DNA of 64,000 bases from Octopus vulgaris. Its lineage: Eukaryota. The position numbers and the translations under genes are program-made. Shown in pieces: positions 57,344-64,000 of the stretch. The stretch lies in the NCBI GenBank assembly GCA_951406725.2, contig OX597827.1, forward strand, positions 73,594,001 to 73,658,000. Reading direction: 5' to 3'. Position 1 is the stretch's first letter. Every line of letters begins with the position of its first letter. The notes below the pieces were generated by a model. It was not told the origin of the DNA. It was given only the letters and a program-made list of their open reading frames with translations, and did not search any database.

Positions 57344-57348
<5 letters not shown>
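54900..57348. repeat. Long inverted repeat: arms 54900-55898 and 56381-57348, ~480-bp spacer
   Basis: Arms are reverse complements along their whole length, with scattered substitutions and one ~30-bp internal duplication in the left arm. Confidence 0.95.
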
Positions 57349-57409
<61 letters not shown>

Positions 57410-57424
<15 letters not shown>

Positions 57425-57917
57425 TCTAGTTGTGTGAGTGTCTGTCCCCTTCGATTTAGATTCCTAACTACTCCCACATTTTGCGGTGCAGTTTAACCAA
57501 ATTCGGGTATCTTATAGTCGTCATTCATATCGAGCCCGTCTGAGTATTAGCGCGCGTCTACGATGAGTCTACGATTTAAAAAATAATTTAACATCATTTT
57601 TCATTCCATTTTAATGCATAATTTTTCGTGTGTCGATGGCGGCGGAGTTGGCGTCCATGGTCACACCTGCACCTGTTTGCTTCACCCCCTTCCCTCCCTC
57701 GTGAAGCTGTGGGGAAGGGAGTTTAAGGAAATCAACGTCGTAATGCGTTGTCAAGGAGACCAGCGTTCTTTTAGAACAACGACTTCATGGCTTGAAGACA
57801 CCAAAACAGAAATGGCTAAGAAAGCCCGAATTGGCATCTATAAGGGAAGCAACTCTCTAAAAATGCTTATATAGTTATTTCCCTTACAAACCCGAGCAAC
57901 GCCGGGCGATACTGCTA

Positions 57918-57918
<1 letters not shown>
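57410..57918 (+). mobile_element. Non-autonomous Helitron
   Basis: 3' hairpin cccgagcaacgccggg followed by CTAG|T; 5' end tatataaaact...gtgtctgtc within (TA)n. Confidence 0.72.
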
Positions 57919-57987
<69 letters not shown>

Positions 57988-57989
57988 CT

Positions 57990-58387
57990 CAATGTGCTCA
58001 CTAAAAGGTATCATTCTGTATTCTGGGAATGCAATCTGTTGTCGATGCAGTGTGCATCTTTTTAAGTGATTTAGGTTGTTTGTAGCTTTTAATGATTTGG
58101 TGTATGTTTAGAATTTCCTTTAATTTGGGGTCCTTATGAAGTATTGGTAAATTCTGGGTGATGATGGTGAAGGCTTCTTTGTTTCTGGGGTTGTATGTAG
58201 ATATGTAAGCTAGTATTTTCGGGGTAGGTGTGTTGTTGTGTTGAACTTTTCCTAAAGTTTCTATGTTGATTTCTGTTGCACGTCTGATCCCATCCTCTAT
58301 GAGTTGAGCTGGGTAATGTCTATCAATTAGGGTGTTTTTGAGTTCTTGCAGTCTAAAGTTCCTGGTATTTTGTTCTGACACTATTGT
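57990..58387 (-). mobile_element. Inverted Penelope-like RT C-terminal/linker fragment
   Basis: RLQELKNTLIDRHYPAQLIE...YISTYNP...SYKQPKSLKK. Confidence 0.85.
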
Positions 58388-58388
58388 G

Positions 58389-58967
58389 CATAAGGACCCC
58401 AAATTAAAGGAAATTCTAAACATACACCAAATCATTAAAAGCTACAAACAACCTAAATCACTTAAAAAGATTCTCACAAAGGCAAAAGTGTCTTCTGAAA
58501 TTACGGATGCAAAAGTTAAAAAATGTGGTAGATCGAACTGTGCAACATGTCCAAACCTGCTAGAAGGATCAGAATTCCTCTTTAAAGAGGGACAGATATT
58601 CAAGATCAAATCTAACTTTACTTGTGCCTCTGAAAACATAATTTATGTCATAAAATGCTCGGGCTGCCACCAAGACTACGTGGGATCCACGGGACTATCA
58701 CTTAGACGTAGATGCACACTGCATCGACAACAGATTGCATTCCCAGAATACAGAATGATACCTTTTAGTGAGCGCATTGAGAAATGCGCAAAGCAACTAC
58801 TACCACAATTTTTAATCTTTCCATTTTACCAATGTGCTATCGGATCATCAACACAAATTAGACTAAACAAGGAAACATTCTTCATTGAAAAGTACAAGCC
58901 CAGACTTAACCATCCCAACATACTGATACAGAGAAATTCACACCAAGGGAAAGGAAAAAAAAATTAA
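58389..58967 (+). mobile_element. Penelope/Neptune-like GIY-YIG endonuclease domain
   Basis: KCGRSNCATC Cys linker; NIIYVIKCSGCHQDYVGST...LRRR...H; KETFFI...PRLN. Confidence 0.9.
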
Positions 58968-60109
58968 GCGATTATCTCCCTTACACCGGAAGAAATCACT
59001 CATTACCTCCCCTTATTTAGAACTCTTTTGAACATAAACATACCGATAACTCTATTCAACATAAACATAACGTCGCAAGAAATTTGAAAAGCTAAACGCG
59101 AAACCGGTCTTTCTTCTAAACTATGCCATTATAAGAGAAAAAATTTTTTTAATATTCTTCAGACATATTGACGCAAATATATATTTTTTAACATTTAAGC
59201 CTTCTGTAGTTTTTTCACTTTTTACTATTTTCTATATATTCAACCACGTGCTTTCACAAACCAACTTTCTTATCTATATATTAAACACGTGAGACCGAAA
59301 ATGCCACAGAAGACCAACACCTCGGATAAAAATACAAATGAGGACATACTCAAAGAACTGAAAAGTATTAATACACAGCTCATTACCCCGAACAACAAAA
59401 TCGAGGAATCAAACCTACTCTCCCGGGAAAGTAAAAGCAATGAAGATACAACTCGCTACACTGACCAGGTTAGTAAGGATTTGCAACTGTTATACACAAC
59501 ACTAAATTCAATTTTCATCAACAAATCCGAAAATAATAAACACACACCAAATGAAACACAGCAGGACATCATACGCACCCAAATTAACCCAGCAAAAAGA
59601 AAAATAGGAAACATTTGGAATACAAACCTGCACAACAGAAAACTCGCCTGATACATGATAACATGATAACAAATTCCAACAAAGCAGATATATACGAGGG
59701 ATGGATGAACTCAACACCAATTATCCTCCCACGCAAATTCCAGAAAAAATTAATTCCTAACGAGCCTGACGGACAGAGAACTATTAGGGAAAAGTCAGCT
59801 CTGTTCAATTTAAGATCAGAAATAGAGCTTCTAAGACTAAGGGCCTCCACAAATGAGGAAAAATTTAAAAGCATTGACGAGGAGATGCAAAATATAATAC
59901 AGAAACATACCGAGGGACAACCCCTCTAAAATACATTAGATCATTAGAAGGATACCTGTGAAAAAGAAGAGATAAATTCTCTCCTGCGCTGGGAGAAAAA
60001 CATGGATTTCTTCCAAAAATATAGTTCAACTTTCAAAAATGAATTGGGTACAAATAATCCCTTCCTTAAGAAAATTACAAAACATAAAAAAGAAAAACCA
60101 AACAACAGG

Positions 60110-62977
60110 AAAGGAAAGAAAGGAGTCATGGAGGTGTTGCTATGTACATCCGGGAGGACGTCACACCCCAGGTCCTCTTGTCATACTCAAACTCGGTGTG
60201 TGACACACTAATTGTACATATTAGGCAACTTGATGTAGTTGTGTGTGCTACATATCGCCCTCCAGATGCCCCAAGCCATGTGGGCAAGTTTGAAGACTGC
60301 CTTATAAAAATAGAAGAAATTCTAACCACATTAGAACAACACGTAGGTGTGCTTCTTATGGGAGACTTCAATCTGCCCAATGTCAGATGGCCCGAGGGCC
60401 TTTCTCACCCAGGAATGACAAGATGTGAACGAGGACAGGCGAGGTCCCTCCTGAACCTCATCAACACCCTGTACATGGAGCAGGTAATACTCCAACCAAC
60501 CAGGGCAGGTAACACACTGGATTTCTGCTTCACAAATGACATGGATCTCATCCATAATGTGAAAGTGACACCGACACTACTCTCGGATCACAACATGATA
60601 GAGCTGACCATGTACGGGCCAAAAGAGAGCACGGACATGCAGCCTACAAGAAACCCTCAAAATCTTTCCAGCTTGAACTACCATAAGGCAAACTGGAAAC
60701 AAATTGAGAAAGAGATCCTCAAACAAAACTGGCCTAAATGTCTCTCCTCGCCAGACATCGACGTGAAACTTCAACAATTCATGTCTGTAATGCAAGCCAT
60801 ATGCTACAAATGTGTCCCAGAGAGAAAGGCCACTGTACAGAAGAACAAAATCCCCAGAGAGAGGAAAATTTTAATGAGACGGCGTACGAAATTTTCAAAT
60901 CGCCTAAACAAACAGATTGAAAGCAGTGAAAAGTCCCGCCTAAAAATAAAACTGTTGGAAATCGAAAAATGTCTGCAACTCTCCCATGAAAAAGAAAGAG
61001 CAGACAAAGAAGCCTGGGCTATAGAAAACATAAAATCTAACCCCAGAGCTTTCTACAGGTATGCCAAAGAAACAGCTACAGTGCACTGTAGAATAGGGCC
61101 ACTCCTCGAAAAGGATGGCACACTTACAGGAAAACCAATGAGGGTAAGTGAAATACTGAATGAGCAATTCAAGAGTGTTTTCACTCCACCCCTTGGGCAT
61201 CTCCAAATCACCAATCCAACTGACTTTTTTACCACTGCAGATATAAAATCAGAGGCGGCGATGATAGATTACATCGATATAAAGGAAGACGATGTAACCA
61301 AGGCTATAGATGAAATGAAAACAGACTCAGCTACTGGCCCCGATGGATTCCCGGCAATCCTCCTAAAAGCATGTAAGAGAGCCCTAGCAAGACCACTGCA
61401 GTTCCTCTTTCAGAGCTTCCTTGCAGCTGGCAAACTTCCAGGAAAACTGAAGGAAGGTAAAATATGCCCCATTCATAAAGGAGGTAGCAGAGCGGAAGCC
61501 AAGAACTATAGACCTATCTCTCTGACCTCACACATCAGCAAGGTCATGGAACGAATAGTCAGAAGGAAGCTGATCACCTTCCTTGAAGAGAATGACTTGC
61601 TGCCCGACACCCAACATGGTTTCCGACCAGGGAGAAGCTGTTTAACTCAGCTCCTACAACACTATGACTGGGTGCTGAAACGGCTGCTCAACCACTCAAA
61701 TGTGGAAGTGATATATCTCGACTTTGCAAAGGCCTTTGATAAAGTCGATCATGGAATGATATGTCACAAACTGCGTGATCTCAACATAGTTGGAAAACTG
61801 GGAGAATGGCTTCATGACTTTCTGAAGGATAGAAGTCAGGTGGTAGTAGCCAATGGGGCCACCTCCATTAACACACAAATAGTGAGCGGTGTTCCGCAGG
61901 GCACTGTTCTGGGACCACTACTGTTCATAATGGCCCTCTCAGACATGCCCTCAGCCACGCAGAGAGCCACGATCACAAGTTATGCAGATGATACAAAAGT
62001 TTCACAGGCAATACAGAACCCTGAGGACACTAAACACCTGCAATGTGAGCTGGACGAAATATACAAGTGGGCTGAAAAGAATAGCATGCAGTTCAATGCT
62101 GGAAAGTTTCAAGCTTTATACTATCAGCATGCAAAACTGAATGCAATACCCAATGAATACACTGGACCCGGAGGGATTGCAATCCCAGAGGCACAATCAG
62201 TGCGTGACCTGGGTATTCACATGAGTGATGACGCGACCTTTCATGTACATGTTGCTAAACTGACAATGAAATGTAGACGGCTGGCTGGATGGATTCTTAG
62301 AACCTTTAGAACAAGAGAACAAGAAACCATGATGGTCCTCTGGAAGACACTTGTCCTAAGCCACTTTGACTATTGCTCTCAGCTATGGTCACCATCCAGT
62401 GTCAAGTTGATCACAGAACTTGAGGCGATCCAACGAAGCTACACGAAGAAGATAGCCTCTATGCAGAATGTAAGCTACTGGGAAAGACTCAAGAGATTAA
62501 AATTATATTCCCTGGAGCGTAGGCGGGAAAGATATGCCATAATATACATCTGGAAGATCCTGGAGGGAAGTGTCCTGAACTTTGGCATCGAGAGTTACGC
62601 AAATGCCAGAACTGGGCGCCACTGCGTGGTGCCTAGGACTCCAAACCTGCCATCAAGATGTAGGACAAGATTCTGTGATAGCCTGGGCTTCCGAGGCCCA
62701 CAGCTCTTCAATATCCTCCCGAAGAACCTGAGAAACCTGCATGGGGTGGATACAGATGTCTTTAAAATGAAGCTGGATCTCTTCCTGTCAGGTGTCCCAG
62801 ATGAACCAACTTCACGGCAGGAGGGGCAGATGAGGGCAGCTGCATCGAACTCTCTCATGCACCAAATAGCAGTTGCTAGAAAGCCTCCATGAAGTGAAAC
62901 CAAGTAGCAACACCAAATGGCGGTGCCCCAGCATGGCCACAGCTCATAAGCTGAAACTAGAATCAATCAATCAATCA
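60110..62977 (+). mobile_element. CR1-group LINE, 5'-truncated within the APE domain, (TCAA)n tail
   Basis: GGVAMYI start, long ORF, short 3' UTR, aatcaatcaatcaatcaa tail; nested in Penelope-like sequence. Confidence 0.93.
60142..62892 (+). CDS. LINE ORF2 (partial APE endonuclease plus reverse transcriptase), uninterrupted 916 aa
   Basis: YRPP, GDFN, LD, SDH; GPDG, YRPISLTS, QHGFR, DFAKAFD, GVPQG, YADD, DLG. Confidence 0.92.
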   Translation: MYIREDVTPQVLLSYSNSVCDTLIVHIRQLDVVVCATYRPPDAPSHVGKFEDCLIKIEEILTTLEQHVGVLLMGDFNLPNVRWPEGLSHPGMTRCERGQARSLLNLINTLYMEQVILQPTRAGNTLDFCFTNDMDLIHNVKVTPTLLSDHNMIELTMYGPKESTDMQPTRNPQNLSSLNYHKANWKQIEKEILKQNWPKCLSSPDIDVKLQQFMSVMQAICYKCVPERKATVQKNKIPRERKILMRRRTKFSNRLNKQIESSEKSRLKIKLLEIEKCLQLSHEKERADKEAWAIENIKSNPRAFYRYAKETATVHCRIGPLLEKDGTLTGKPMRVSEILNEQFKSVFTPPLGHLQITNPTDFFTTADIKSEAAMIDYIDIKEDDVTKAIDEMKTDSATGPDGFPAILLKACKRALARPLQFLFQSFLAAGKLPGKLKEGKICPIHKGGSRAEAKNYRPISLTSHISKVMERIVRRKLITFLEENDLLPDTQHGFRPGRSCLTQLLQHYDWVLKRLLNHSNVEVIYLDFAKAFDKVDHGMICHKLRDLNIVGKLGEWLHDFLKDRSQVVVANGATSINTQIVSGVPQGTVLGPLLFIMALSDMPSATQRATITSYADDTKVSQAIQNPEDTKHLQCELDEIYKWAEKNSMQFNAGKFQALYYQHAKLNAIPNEYTGPGGIAIPEAQSVRDLGIHMSDDATFHVHVAKLTMKCRRLAGWILRTFRTREQETMMVLWKTLVLSHFDYCSQLWSPSSVKLITELEAIQRSYTKKIASMQNVSYWERLKRLKLYSLERRRERYAIIYIWKILEGSVLNFGIESYANARTGRHCVVPRTPNLPSRCRTRFCDSLGFRGPQLFNILPKNLRNLHGVDTDVFKMKLDLFLSGVPDEPTSRQEGQMRAAASNSLMHQIAVARKPP

Positions 62978-64000
62978 ACCCACGAACAACCCCCAACTAT
63001 CCTCCACACACTAAAAACAGAAATCACCCACAACCAACCTTTGCAAACCACGCAAGACCTAACAGGGAACTAGCTGACAGACGACGCGTCTATGAAATAA
63101 ATTACACCAAAAACAGAACACACCAACAACATCCTAATACCAGACCCAACCACCATACAGCACAAAACGACACTAGAATAAGAAATACACCACTCACAAG
63201 TCGCTACTACCCCATGAACCAAAATTACTGGTCCCCACTGAACACAAGACAAACGCAAAAAAACACTATGTCAAGCAACATCCCACATACAAGCAGTTCG
63301 AAACAAAAATATTTCACATACAGAAATTTTACACACACCACAAACAAAAACAACCATAGATTCCCACACACACACAACGATCGGGGGCAACAATACCACC
63401 ATTCCCCCGACCCAATATCACACAACCTCACAGACAACTCATACAAACAAAATTACACCCAACATTTTTTAGCCAGGGACCAGAGACACCAGGACACAGG
63501 CTGGAACCTAGTAATAAGGAAAAACCGAAGATAATCAATCTTTCAACCAAACCTCTTTCTAACATAAAAATTGACATCCTCTCAAAGGGGCTCAAATTTA
63601 CACCAACTCCACGCAGAGCCAACCTAAATGAAATCAAGGATAATATAACAGAATTTTGCAGAAAATTAAGACTAGCAGAAGCATCAACCAGTTTCAATAC
63701 TGAAGATGAATCACTAGTCAAGAACAAAAGTGAACACATCCCACACAGAGGAAGAAATAAAGATCTTGACGAATTCTGTAACCACATTGAGAACTTTCCC
63801 TACCATACTATACATAAACAGATAGTTAACTCAAATTTTAACACTACACAATGGAAAGAACTGATAGAACGTCAAAATGATGAGGATATAACCATTAAGG
63901 AAGTAGACAAGGGAAATGCAGTTGTAATAATGGATACATAATACTACAGAAATCTTGTAATTTCCTTGCTTGATGACGACCTACATTATGAAAAAATTAC
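62978..64000 (+). mobile_element. Penelope-like element 5' region and RT N-terminus (runs off the window; continues 59289-60107)
   Basis: IINLS...LSKGLKFTPTP...FCRKLRLAE...ITIKEVDKGNAVVIMD; in-frame stop near 63938. Confidence 0.85.

Overview
AT-rich, microsatellite-dense eukaryotic DNA. The repeat repertoire suggests an octopus/coleoid cephalopod genome (inference). Positions ~2.6-42.4 kb (+) hold the 3' part of a receptor-type protein tyrosine phosphatase gene that the ORF track misses. I assembled 21 GT-AG exons by hand; they join in one frame (2291 nt, ~760 aa). They encode three MEGF10/CED-1-type EGF repeats, a TM helix, a juxtamembrane YEEI-x8-YVNV motif, an intact PTP D1, a degenerate D2 and a C-terminal YSNF tail. 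The 5' exons lie upstream of the window. The rest is mostly mobile DNA: tRNA-derived SINEs, mariner elements and MITEs, five R4/Dong-like fragments sitting in (TAA)n, two CR1-group LINEs with open RT ORFs, a Penelope/Neptune-like GIY-YIG locus, a non-autonomous Helitron and decayed hammerhead-like motifs. The most unusual structures are a ~1 kb inverted repeat (54.9-57.3 kb), a palindrome-bearing Crypton-like element with an SH3/Tudor-like ORF (52.0-53.4 kb), and a back-to-back double hairpin (1.4-1.8 kb). All calls were made by eye; no database searches were run.
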